The position numbers and the translations under genes were made by a program. Shown piece by piece: positions 1-11,056 of a stretch of 51,238 nt of DNA (the stretch's first letter is position 1; each line of letters begins with the position of its first letter). Below the pieces are notes generated by a model, which searched no databases, was not told where the DNA came from, and saw only the letters and a program-made list of their open reading frames with translations. This DNA comes from Peribolospora baueri (taxonomy: Eukaryota): assembly GCA_029717555.1 (NCBI GenBank), contig JAMDHS010000122.1, positions 1 to 51,238 of the forward strand, given 5' to 3'.

Positions 1-38
<38 letters not shown>
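1..38 (+). repeat. Poly-G run (38 nt, open at window edge)
   Basis: Homopolymer seen directly. A second G22 run is at 10644-10665 and an A25 run at 11387-11411. Confidence 0.9.
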
Positions 39-39
<1 letters not shown>

Positions 40-657
40 ATGGGCAGGGGTTAAAGCTTGTTTGGTGATAATACATGGGTCGGGTCTCGGGCTGGAATAA
101 GCTAAGGAGCGAGGATGGGAGATGTGAGAAGAAGAAGTCGGGGACGGCAACATGGGGGACAGGGCTTAGGAGATTGTATAGAGTAGAATGTCGGGGAGCC
201 GGAGGAAGGGGGGGAGGAAAGGAGGCAGAGGATGACGATGGGTGTAGAAAGATGTAATGCTAAACGAGTGGCGAATGCCGGAAAAGGAAATTGGGGCAAT
301 GCAGGATTGATCGAAGACACCGTAATAACGGTTAAAAGGTAAGGGGAAGAGAGGGGCGAGCATCCAGGCCAGACAAACCGGTGTTAACGGCCGGAAAGAG
401 TAGAGGTGCCGGAGTGAAGTACGAAGAGAGTGGCAGCAAGGGGCAGTGTCGAAGCGAAGGAAGGAAAAGAAAAGGAATGAAGAAGAGACCGTTCAGGCTA
501 GAGCTGGACGGCGGAGAGAATGATTGAGGGAAGACGAAAAAATGGAGAGTAGGTGGCAAGATGGGAAGATGACAAGAAGTAGTGACGAGGAACAATATGC
601 ATGCTCTCAGCCAACGGGTGAACAGGGATGTCAGATAGGCGATGGAGGGACGTGGCA

Positions 658-1938
658 TCAGATCTCCATCTCCCCGGCAGGGTCTTCATCGCTGACGGAC
701 CCCAAGCTGCTCATCTCCTCATCGCTCTCATCTTCCTCCTCTTCCTCTCCAGCTTCATCCGCGGCCTCTTTAGTCGCATAGCGCGAGACGTACTCTGGTG
801 GCGGTGTCAGAGCAGAATGGATTGTGGGAAATTGTGGACAAGCAGATAGGCGTTTAGGAGACCGCGCCAAAGACACGCACGGGAGAGTCAGCGCTGAGGT
901 ATGACGTGATCTAAAAAGGCTCGGGATGTTCGCTCGACTCACCCTTGACCTTGTTCTCATAGTTCTTTGGTTCCCGCATGAGCATCGCAGCAGCCTCGCC
1001 GTTCAAGGGGTCCGTTGGATTTGGGTAACGGAGGAGTTGTGGAAGGAAGACTTCAAATATGTTGATCATGTCTGTTCGCGTTTGGGGACAGGGAGTTTGT
1101 TTTAAGAGGAGGCTAAGTAAGCGAAAAGACGGAGGACGATTGGCGAGCAAGGAAATGGTTGTGGCAGACGCACCGAACATCGGTGACCACGTTTGATTGA
1201 TCACGTCGAGACAAACCGAACCGCTTCTATTATAAAAGCCGGTTATGGGGACAGATAGCTCCAGGCTTCAGCGTCTGTCTTGCCAAAGCTCTCCTCACAA
1301 GACGTAAGGTGTTGAGACTACAGCATCACTCACAGCTCGTCTATGTTGGGATGAAAGATTTTGTTCATGAACCCAATACTTGGGCTCTTGTAAGGGTACT
1401 GGTCTGGCAATTCGACGTGAATCTTCCACACGCCACCTTCAAAGGGAGCTATACGGTGCGGCGCGAGCGCATGGAACGCGAGCGTCAGCCAGGCCGCTAT
1501 GGAGCCATCCCGAACGAGGCGCATAAGAGGGCCCAAAAAAGTAGCACGAGGAGCAAATACAAGACACAGGCTCACTCACTTTCTGCTGGACCGTGGAAAC
1601 GGACGTAGAATTCCTGCATGTTGTCGTTCACTAGTGTTACCTCATAGTCGGACATGAGCCTTGACAACACGAAACAGAACGACGACAGTGGCGAGGTGAG
1701 CGGTGACTGCACGATCAGAACTACGCAAGCGCAGATGACCCCGGTAAGTGCTCACAGCTTCATGACGTCCGTCTCGATCCGTCGCTTGGGAGAACTGTGA
1801 TAAGCGAAAGGCGCGGCGAGGAAAAGGAGAGATCGCTGGCCCTCGTCAGCGTCTCATTGCTGCGCCGCACCGAGGACGAGCGACCGGCAAGAGTGATGCA
1901 CGAGAAAAAAAAAGAAACGAGGAGTGAACACTCATCAT
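658..1938 (-). CDS. UBC8: Ubiquitin-conjugating enzyme E2, Ubc8/UBE2H type; about 7 exons, first exon uncertain
   Basis: Spliced translation [145 protein letters not shown] plus acidic tail. HPN motif and catalytic Cys (VCLD) present; GT-AG junctions keep the frame; stop at 658-660. Confidence 0.95.
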
Positions 1939-2362
1939 GGCTGATTCTTTACTGGCAAACGATGCAAATGTGACCCGTCGGTTGTGTGGAAATGGAGGTA
2001 AAGTGGGCGTTGGCGAGAGGGGCAGGTGATGGTCGTTAAGCCCCCAAAAGTCCCGAAAGCGTCCGCTCATGTTATCACGATCACCGCCGCAGCAGCCGGA
2101 CATGAGCGGAGAATTGCAAGCTCGCGTGACGTCGCATTCCTTTCACTTCACTTCACCCACCCCAAGGCTGTCGGATCGCTTGTCCTCCCATCCGTACCCA
2201 GGCAGCGTCTCTTCCAAGGCCTTCTTTTTGCTTGGCCGAATGGATCACTGCCTTCTCGAGCTGAACGGAAGTTAAAGCGGCCATTGACCGGACGCCGTCG
2301 GATCGCTCCATTCTACCACCACCGTCGCCGAACCTGGTGTCCGTATCGCGGTGTTGACCAGT

Positions 2363-3825
2363 ATGGCCCAACGAGCAGGTGGGGGATCAACCGGAAGCCA
2401 CTCAACGGCTAGTGGCGGCGGAGGGGGTGGCGCGGCGGTGCTTGAGAGAGGACAGGCGTACAGCCAGCCCAGAGATACTGGCGTCGGTACGCATTGGGGA
2501 ACACAACTCAACTTTGCTATCGCTCACCTCAGAGTGCGTGTTGCGTGTTTATTCTTTCGTCCGGCGTCTTTTCGCTCTCTCTCATTTCTCAACAAGTCCT
2601 CAACGTGTGTTTTTTGTGGAACGTGACGCACACTGGCTTCTCCTTTCTTCGTTCTTGCCCGCTCCATTCTCCATATTCATCATCGTAACGACAGCGAACA
2701 CATCCTCACCCTGTCCGACTCGAGGACCTCGCCCTCCAGTCCGGTGTGGAGGAGCTCTTCAACGAAGAATCGCTTGTGTTTCAACGGTTTCGGGAACACG
2801 ACAGGGTGCGGTTCGATGAGAAGACGGGGCTGTATAGCTACCGGGTGAGCGAGTCGAGCGGGCTTCTTTGGTTTGTCTTAGGCCTCTACTCGGCCTAATT
2901 TTCGGCCTATGGGCCTGTGAATCCATGGTCCTCTCTGATTTTGAAGAGATGTCCGAAGAAATGATCTGGACTGAGATTTTTACCATCGCATCATTGCTGT
3001 CTTCGTCGCGTACAAGCCCGATTTGGACATCCGCTCCAAGGCGGACGTCCTCCAATTCATTAAGCAAGCTTACGACCGCGGTGGGGGAATAACTCTGCGC
3101 AAACTCCGAGACTCGTGGCCCCAAGCCCCGCAGGCAGTCGAAGAGCTTATCAAAGAGGGGCACGTCCTCGTCACGCGCACCAATAGGGATTCAGCGGTCA
3201 AGGCGGTATATTGGAATGAGGTGAACGGGCCAGAGGGACAGCCGGTCCAACAGGGTGAGTTATACCATGCAATGTGCGTCGACGTCGAAGGAGGCTGAGG
3301 TATTGACAGCCATCTTTTCTACTCTCTCATACCATATGCTTGTCCGTTTCGCCTCTTCCACCTCGTCTCGCATCTCTCCCATTTCCCTTCCTCGCGATTA
3401 CAGAGTTTCGAGACCTGTGGCGCGAGCTCAAGGTGCCAGATTCGGTTGATTTGCCAAGAGAGCTCGAAGCTGGTGCGTCCCCCCGTTCCGTCCTTCGGCA
3501 TCGTTTTCTCGTCCTCACTGGCGCCCAATTTACAATTTATGGGCCCTGCTGCTGCTGGAGACTTGAGGCTGAACTTTATCTTTGTCCTCTTTATCCTCTC
3601 TGCCCGGAACGCTATTTGTTTCGCTCTTCCTCTTCTCCAGAGGGCCTTAGCACGATGTCTTCAGGCGTTGCGCCCCCGCCAGGCGCGGATGGCAAGGGAA
3701 GCACGTACAAGCAACCTGGGGCCAAGAAGAAGAAGGCGAGCAACCGGAGAATTAAGTACACCAACACCCATTTGGATAAGGGCATCGTCGACCTCAGCAA
3801 AGACTATGAGCCCGGAGCGTCGTAG
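2363..3825 (+). CDS. TFA2: Transcription initiation factor TFIIE beta subunit; 5 exons
   Basis: YSQPRDTGVGTHWGTQLNFAIAHL|...HDRVRFDEKTGLYSYR|PDLDIRSKADVL...GGITLRKLRDSWP...VYWN|EFRDLWRELKVP...|KKKKASNRRIKYTNTHL. These are the characteristic TFIIE-beta blocks, including the C-terminal basic region and TNTH motif. Confidence 0.9.
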
Positions 3826-4824
3826 CCTTGTATGCTAGATGGGTGCGAGCATAGAAGAGCAGGTTGATTTTCTCTGCAACCGAGCGTACAAGTTTGAAGC
3901 GATGCAACTCGGAAACGACGCGCAACAGAATGTTGTGGGCAAGAGCGGAAAATGCGTCCTCTCTGGCATACCGCAGTCAGGAAGGAGACGTGACACGCTC
4001 AGTTGGGCACCGGTTGACTGCATGCGTTGAGAACTGACGTATGATTTGTTCTCCGTGCACCTTGTCCCGCTGTCTCGAGTATTGCAGGTTCATGAGACTC
4101 CTTCCCGCATCAGAAATGAATCTGGAATTTGAAGTTTTTTCTGTTCACGTCTCTAGCAATGACCAATCCGTCAGCAAATGGCTTGTCCCAAATAGTACTC
4201 ACCATTGGATGCTTTCCGACGCAAGCTGACATCGACTTCAACGTATTCTCTCCCACCCTTTGATGACGCCTCCTTCCGATCAGTTGGTAGGATCGGTCAT
4301 GAAGAAACTGTTGGGAGGAACCGATCGGACGCGGGATCTAGGCAAGGCGCTCAGCGTCAGCCTCACTGCCTGAAAGGTATAAAAGGTCAGCTCTCCACGG
4401 TGCCCTCTTCATTTTCCTCACTTCCTCATCAACCCTCTCCCAAAGTGTCATCTCCCAGAGCGGCATCTCTCCTTCTATGACATTCTCCATTTAAAGTCTT
4501 ACTCTCTACACCAATTCCCCTCAATCACCATGCAGCCACCACCCGTGGCGTTTAGCTCGTAGAAGGCTTTGGATCAGTGAGTTCAAGTCTTTCTAAGCGC
4601 TATGGGGTCGCGCTCACACTTAATCCCCTTCTCATGGTCTTGCGCTCTTCCTCTCCCCCTCAGTAACGAGATCCCTAAAGCCAGGGCTCGAACCTTCCCC
4701 AATATGAGCTCGGGCCTTTCTCAAATGGCTCTGACCTTTTTCAGTAACGGGGTCCCTACGTCAGGACGACAACGACACCGCTCAGCTTCCCGCGCCTCGC
4801 GACATTCCTCGTAACGAACCTCAG

Positions 4825-7000
4825 GTGGAGGACCACCAGTACCTCCCGCTCTCGCTGCGTTTGGGGTCCCAGCCCAGAGAATCCGCAGGCGAGGAGTTTC
4901 TCAATCCTAGCCAGACTGGAAGGGTCTCAACCTTCGCCAGGAGGTTTCGCGCACTTGCCGAGAGAGTCGACTGGGGCGACGATGCCCTTCATGTAAGTTT
5001 ACCGCCACGGCCTCAACCCAGACATCCATGCGGCACTTGCAGGCCTCGGGCCCCACGCTCCAGTCAACTTCGAGTCCCTCATCGATACGTCCATCGCTAT
5101 CGACGATACCCAGTTCAGAGCAAGGCGAATCATGAAGGGCAAGGGCAAGCATTCTCAATTGGCCTTCCACCCCGGCAGGCGCACAATATCTATGACAATT
5201 ACCATTTTAGCAATGGATTCGACTCGATTCTCGTCGTCGTGGACCGATTTACGAAAATGGCCCACTTTATCCCCGCGAACAGTACCGACGACTCCACCAA
5301 CACAGTTTTTCAACCTCATTGTCAGCAGGCACGGACTTGCCTTGGACATATGTTCTTGTCCTTTCTGTCGCTGGATGTCCTTATTGCTTCGGCCGGTGCT
5401 TGTTGCTCTGTAACAGTATCCCCTTCTTGAAGGCGAACTCCGGACGCCTTCGAAGGGAAATTTGCGTGCGTGACTTAACTGAGAAGCGAGGCTGGTATTC
5501 ACGCGCTTGCTGATCTCCCGAATGGCCTTTCGTCTTGCGGCTGTGATGGGTTTGTCCGGGTACGGGACGTGGAAGCTGACAACGACAGGCGCATCGTGGC
5601 TGAGATCAGAGGCGGGAACCCATTGGCGGTGAACTCCGAAACCTTCATTAGTTTTCGAAATAATCGAGCTTGTGGCGTTGAAATACCGCCCACCTGCAGA
5701 AACTCAGGAACATCCGAGAACATGCAACCCAGGCCCTCCGGAAAGCCAAAGATCGCGCCATGCGCACTGCTGAAGGTCCGTCTCCACCGTCACCACATAT
5801 TCGTCTGAATTTGCTCTTGTCGAAGCCGTTGGGTTGGGGTGCTGGGGGGGCGAGGCGTACGGGATGTGGGTGGCCAAGGTCGGGGTGCGGGATTGTGCGC
5901 CTCCCGGGGTGGAAGGGCACTTGAGAATCCTTGCCCTTGCCTTCATGATTCGCCGTGCTCTGAAGTGGGTATCATCGATAGCGATGGACGTATCGATGAG
6001 GGACTCGGGGGCCTGAGGGCTGCAAGTGCCGCATGGATGTCTGGGTTGAGGCCGCAAACGCGCCTTCCGACTAGATCTTCCGCCGTCCATAAAGATCCAC
6101 AACGTGTTCCAGTCTCGCAACTCGAACCCTAATCCCGTTCACCCACATCTCCTCCTCCGCCAGAAATCGTCGACGGAGAGAAACACTTCAAGGTCGAAAA
6201 AGATCCTGGACTCTCGTCTCGGGAACCGACGATCATACGGGAGTGAGGTTAGTTCGAGGGCGGTAGCCGTACAGCAAGAAGAAGGGAGAGTAGCTCGTCG
6301 GCGAATGTGTGGAGTTGTTGTACGCGAATTCAGCGGGAGGCAAGAGGTTGCACCAGTCGTCTTGGAGGTAGTTGCACTAGGTCCGCAGATATTGCTCCAA
6401 GATTTGGTATACTCTCTCAGTCTGACCGTCGCTCTGCGGGTGATAGGCAGTGGAAAGGTTGTTGCGCACACCTGCTTGACTGTAAAGCTCCGTGAAGAAC
6501 TTGGAAGCGAAGAGGGTCCGCGGTCCGAGACTTAATCTTCGCCAGGCCAGAAAAAGTGTCGTGCCAGGTTGGACTGGGTTTTGTCAAATCCGGGATGACC
6601 AGCTAGTGGGTTGTCATGTGCTTGTTCGAGGAGGCGCGTTCGGAGAGGTTCGTTTCCCGGGACGTAGAGACGGTCCTTGTAGAAGATGAGATCGTCTCAG
6701 CGAGAGTACTCAGATGGACCGTGGTCCAGCTGCTGCGAGACGTGAACGAAGTGCGGGTCATGTGGCAAGAGTTGTCGAATCTCTCGAAGTAGGTCAAGGT
6801 CTTTGAGGGTTGGCCTGAACTTGTTCATGTCAGTAGTGATTCTGGTGACCTTGTGCGCCGCATGGCGACCGACAAGAGAGGCGCCGGGTTCATGGGCAGG
6901 AGAGAGAACGTGGACGCCAGTTTCCATCGGGGCCCCGGACTGCGGCATCGCCTTATCTGAGCTTCCGACGGATCTCCAAGCAGGTCGAAGGACGATGGAC
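4825..7000. mobile_element. Degenerate, rearranged Ty3/gypsy (chromovirus) LTR-retrotransposon relic; boundaries approximate
   Basis: + strand: gag-like SQTGRVSTFARRFRALAERVDWGDDAL...GLNPDIHAAL and integrase fragment SNGFDSILVVVDRFTKMAHFIP. - strand: Zn-binding [40 protein letters not shown] (~6580-6700) and integrase core [50 protein letters not shown] (~6250-6470). + strand: AFRLDLPPSIKIHNVF..VSQLEP and chromodomain start EIVDGEKHFKVE.ILDSR (~6062-6230). Frameshifts and stops throughout. Confidence 0.92.
5009..6053. repeat. Inverted repeat pair of a gag fragment (arms 5009-5187 and 5892-6053)
   Basis: ggcctcaacccagacatccatgcggcacttgcag...gagtccctcatcgatacgtccatcgctatcga...ccttccaccccgg.aggcgcacaat occurs on + at 5009-5187 and on - at 5892-6053, with scattered substitutions and a short internal deletion in the second arm. 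Confidence 0.92.
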
Positions 7001-7711
7001 AAGCGACGACTCAGGCGGGCGACACCGAGTCAAAGCCAGAACGCACGCTGCAAGCCGAGTCAGACCACACCCGACCGACTTTGATTTCCTTTCCTTTGTC
7101 CCCAAGCACTTTGGGGCAATTTGGCGAGCTCTTCAGCAACCCACTAGGGCTTACCTCGCCGCAGCTGCGAACAATTACCCTGCGTTTTCGCCTCTGTCAC
7201 ACCGTTCTCCCTCCTCCACTCCCTTCCGACGGATGTGTGCTATCGGTCGATCATAAGCTGAAGTTTGATCCCCCTTGTTCTCTGCGACGCATGCATCAGC
7301 CTGTGTGCCGCATGTCCTTCGGCCAGCTGGTGTCGCACGCCTTCGCTATGTGCATGGCGTCCAAACCACGTTTCCCCTCGGACACAGCCTCACCCAGCAG
7401 CTGGACGAGGTATACCGCTTTCTCATGCGAAGCATGTATCAGCTTGCGTCGCATTTTCTGTGGGGTCGTCCTCGCATAGTGCAGGGCGCACGCTCACCCG
7501 CCTGGACCATGACGAGTCAGGGCGAGAACGAGTATAAGAGACGGCTTCATCTGCGTTGACGAGTTTTCCCTCTACAAGCAGTCCTTTCCAGCTCCTCGTG
7601 CTTGTCGTCTCGCTTGCTCCCTTCCTAGGCAACACCGGGTGGGTGCTTCTCCTTCTCGCGTCGCTCCAAGATATTTGTTTGCCTGACCACAACTTTTCTC
7701 TCGTCCGCAGC

Positions 7712-8071
7712 ATGGTACTCCTCTCCAAACCGACCGCAAGCATCGTGTGCTCCATCGTTGCAACGGCACTTGTGACCAGCACAAGCGTGGCGGGTTACGG
7801 ATTCAAAGGCTATACGCAGACAAACTACCAGGGCAATCCGGCCACAACGATCGGCGACGCGACGCCAGGCCAGTGTTACGACTTGAGCAACACCTACTCC
7901 CTGAGGGTTTACGACAATCCGGGCGACGTATTCTGTCTCTTCGTGAGCTATGGATGCCCAGGGGGCAATACGGTGGCTTGGGCGGATTACGGTCCCACGG
8001 ATGAATCGGATATGAGCGCTATCAATAGCGTTTGCTTCTCGGGGACGTGTGACCAAGGGTGTCTCTACTGA
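7712..8071 (+). CDS. Small secreted cysteine-rich protein (119 aa), effector/toxin-like, possible beta/gamma-crystallin-like fold
   Basis: ATG follows an intron-like 3' end (ctgac...ttttctctcgtccgcag). Hydrophobic signal-peptide-like N-terminus MVLLSKPTASIVCSIVATALVTSTSVAG; 6 Cys in the mature part; coherent intronless ORF; TATAAG at ~7533. Confidence 0.75.
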   Translation: MVLLSKPTASIVCSIVATALVTSTSVAGYGFKGYTQTNYQGNPATTIGDATPGQCYDLSNTYSLRVYDNPGDVFCLFVSYGCPGGNTVAWADYGPTDESDMSAINSVCFSGTCDQGCLY

Positions 8072-8432
8072 ATGTGGCAGTCCTTCCTGCGGCCCGTCCC
8101 ATGACCGAACGACGTGTCCTTCAGACGGTGTGTAGCTAGGCAAACCACGTGCAGAAAACAAATACGTGGCAGATAAACAAAGAGCATGGGCCGATGCAGC
8201 TTTGTTATCAGAGAGCCGAGCAGTGCTAAGCAGCCCGAGGGCGTCGCGAGCGCGCTGGCTCGTGCTTTTCGTATGCGTCACCTCCTTGAATGGAGGAAGA
8301 GGAAGGGTTCGACTGCGGTAGATAAATGAACGGGCCTGGGAGATAGGCGGAGATAAGAGAGCCACGAGCAGCGTCGCGTCGCGTTGAGTAGTCCGTTCGA
8401 CCGCCAACTCGCTTTCGATAGCCATCGCCAGG

Positions 8433-10631
8433 ATGGAGTCGTTCTTGGAGACCATCGAGTCCTCCTGCGATGCCGTCCTCCAGCTATCTCCCTCCAACCA
8501 AGCCTCCTCCTCCTACCCCTCTGCGCCCTTCACGCGGGCCATCCTCAACCCCAACGACGTAGAAGTCTTCCATTTTATCCGTGACGCCGACGAGGTCGAG
8601 GCCAGCTTGTTTACCTATGCTCCGGTCGCGCGCGAGGCGACGAGCGAGGCCGTGAGCGCGTTGAGCACGCCCAGGTCTGGAACAGTGGACGATGCTAGAG
8701 TGTTGCTCTTGGCTGCAAGGAAGATCCTGGATACTTAGTGAGGACCGGCGGCAAGCCCGACGTACCCCCTCCGGGCCGATCACTCACACCGCTTCGCCTC
8801 CTCTTACTCACCACTGCTATGCCCCTCCTCGGACAAACCTCTTTTTATACGCCCTCTTTCCTTGGTCCTTGCGCACAGCAATCCTGGGCCTCGCGCACGG
8901 AAGCACGTAGACAGCCTCCTGGCGAAGCAGCACGAGTTGGCTTCCAGCATCGAATCGCTCGAGAAGTCCATTTCCGAGGTGCGCCCGCCCTCCGTTTTCC
9001 ACAAGCCGTCTCCCTGTGGAGGGCACGTGTACTGACTCGCGACTCTGCTCGCTCCAATCAACGTCCCCCTCCAACTTGAACGACAGAACGAAACGGCCCT
9101 CTCTCAAGCCGTCGCATCCACCAATGCTTCTCTTTTCCCCTCATCAGATGCGGCACGGCAAGACGGCGGGCACTCGGACATGGAGGCGCAGATGAGGCGC
9201 GAGGAGATGGAAATACTCGCGTTGGAGGCTATGATGGGCGAGTTGCAGGACAGGGTGGGTACGCGACCATCCAGCCCTGCCGTCCTCTCGGTGGCCGAGG
9301 TGTCGGCCAGGACATGCTTCTTCTGTCTTAAACTTGTGACTGATCACTCGCTTTCGTTCTCGTCCGATCATACGTACAGAGAGACGAGATCTCACAAATG
9401 CAGACCCGCTCCTCCCGAAGCCAACGCTCTCTGTCGCTGTCTGCCCCAACATCGGTGCCCTCCCAGGATGTGGGAGGGGCGGATATTGCGATGCAGGAGG
9501 ACCAAGATGAGAGCATGGACCTGGGTGGGGATGAGGACTCGACGATAAAGATGGACGACGTGGACGCCACAGCGGCGCCGTTGCTTACCGAAGAGGACGT
9601 GGAGGATGTGGCCGACATGGAGGAGCCAGATCGAACAGACGGTAAGGAGGAGGTGAAGAGAAACGAGGAGGAGATGGAGAAGGATATGGAGGAGGAGAAG
9701 GAAGAGGAGGAGGAAAAGGGGGAGGAAAAGGAGGAGAAAGAGGAGGAAGACATTCCCGAGAGCACACACGAACTGGACATCATCACCGTGAGTTCGTCGG
9801 CTCGCCCGCCCTTATCTTGGCTCCCTACCTCGACTTCCGTCAGACGGCGCCAGAAGTGGCCAGCCTCCCGATTGGGGTACGGCGTTCTGACGCTCCGCCC
9901 TCCATACTCGGTCACTTCCTGCGATGCCCGAATCTTTGCAGGACCTCATCTGGACCACTTTTGGCGACTCGCTCCGCACCATAGCGCCAGAGCGAGTCGG
10001 TGGAGATTTACGAGAGACTCTGTGAGTTGCGAGATCCGCATCTTTCTCGATCATTTGCGGTTGCGATCTCAGCACCATCTCACGGGTCGCCGGCTTGGTT
10101 GGCGGAAATGAATGAGATTGTCGACGCTGACGATATCCCCTCGGGACCCTCTCGCTTTCCCTTCTTTCTTTCCTCGTTCCGTCTCCTCACGTCCCGCTTG
10201 TCAGGCAAATCCTCGCGGCGCTTTCCACGCCGCCGCCGCCGGCGCACGACCCGGACATGTCGCTGTCCTCCTACACGTCCGGTGCGACGTACGCCTCCAC
10301 CGCCAGCTCTTCCTCCTTCGCCACGGCCGGGGGAGGCCCACCGCCGCACGCGCAGACGATGGTCGCCGCGCACATCCTCTCCATCTTCCTCCGCCTCCCA
10401 TCGCCCCACACGCTCCCATTCCCAGAAATCAAGGCGCGTGCGGGAGGGTGGTGGGAAAGAAAGGTGGAGGAGGTGGGAGGCAGGAGATCGGTCCGGTTGG
10501 AGAACGTGGTGGGCGCGGACGAGGGCGGGGAGCAGCTGGCGACAAAGGCGACGTACAGCCTCGTGGCGAAAAAATTGCTCAAGATCGAAAGGAACGCCGG
10601 CAAGGCCAGCGTCCGGTTCGCTCTCGATTGA
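8433..10631 (+). CDS. SPC34: DASH/Dam1 kinetochore complex subunit Spc34-like protein with long acidic linker and C-terminal domain; about 6 exons
   Basis: N-terminus PSAPFTRAILNPNDVEVFHFIRDADEVEASLF resembles the Spc34 motif PGIFxNAIL...I..LIRD....E..LF. Continues LLLAARKILDTY|NPGPRARKHV..., a coiled coil, an E/K-rich linker, and ends LATKATYSLVAKKLLKIERNAGKASVRFALD*. Confidence 0.7.
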
Positions 10632-11056
10632 GGGGCCCGGTCCGGGGGGGGGGGGGGGGGGGGGGCGGAGGTGAGAGATCAGGGGAGGGCCATTGTCATG
10701 TTTTTTTTTCGCTTCGCCGGCTCTCCTTTCCGTTTGCTTGAGGAATGCATTTTTCCTCGCGCCTGTTTCTTCCTCGAGGATTCCATCGTGGATCGCTCTG
10801 GCGAGTTTATGTGCAACCGATGTCGACGGGGCCTTTGGGTAACGGGGACCGTCTGACACGGCCGAGCGAAGCTCCGGAGGAAGCGGCATTCACAAACGCA
10901 TGGACAGGGCAGGGCTCGTTGGACGTTGATACGAACGGCCAAGCCAATGACCAGGAGATAGACCAAGCTAGCTGGGTCGGCACCAAGGACAGGGGTATAA
11001 GGGCCTCCTCCTCCTCCGCATCCTCCGGCGGGACAGAACGAACGGAGGGACGACGA

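Noticed and set aside
1..60. Poly-G plus ggggttaaag as a telomere
   Set aside because: No tandem TTAGGG-type array; a homopolymer at the window edge may be real or a sequencing artefact.
5410..5800. TGTAAC-starting segment as an LTR
   Set aside because: I found no second copy, PBS, PPT or TSD to support it.
5009..6470. RIP-like hypermutation of the gypsy relic
   Set aside because: Differences between the two gag arms include several transversions, and the integrase stop appears to be a Tyr-to-TAG transversion; no dominant C-to-T pattern.
8057..8071. C-terminal GCLY as a CAAX pheromone/prenylation signal
   Set aside because: Cys is third, not fourth, from the end and the protein has a signal peptide; I noticed no pheromone-like ORF or receptor in the window.
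7625..8497. 290-aa minus-strand ORF
   Set aside because: Antisense to the secreted protein and the SPC34 start, with no recognisable motif.
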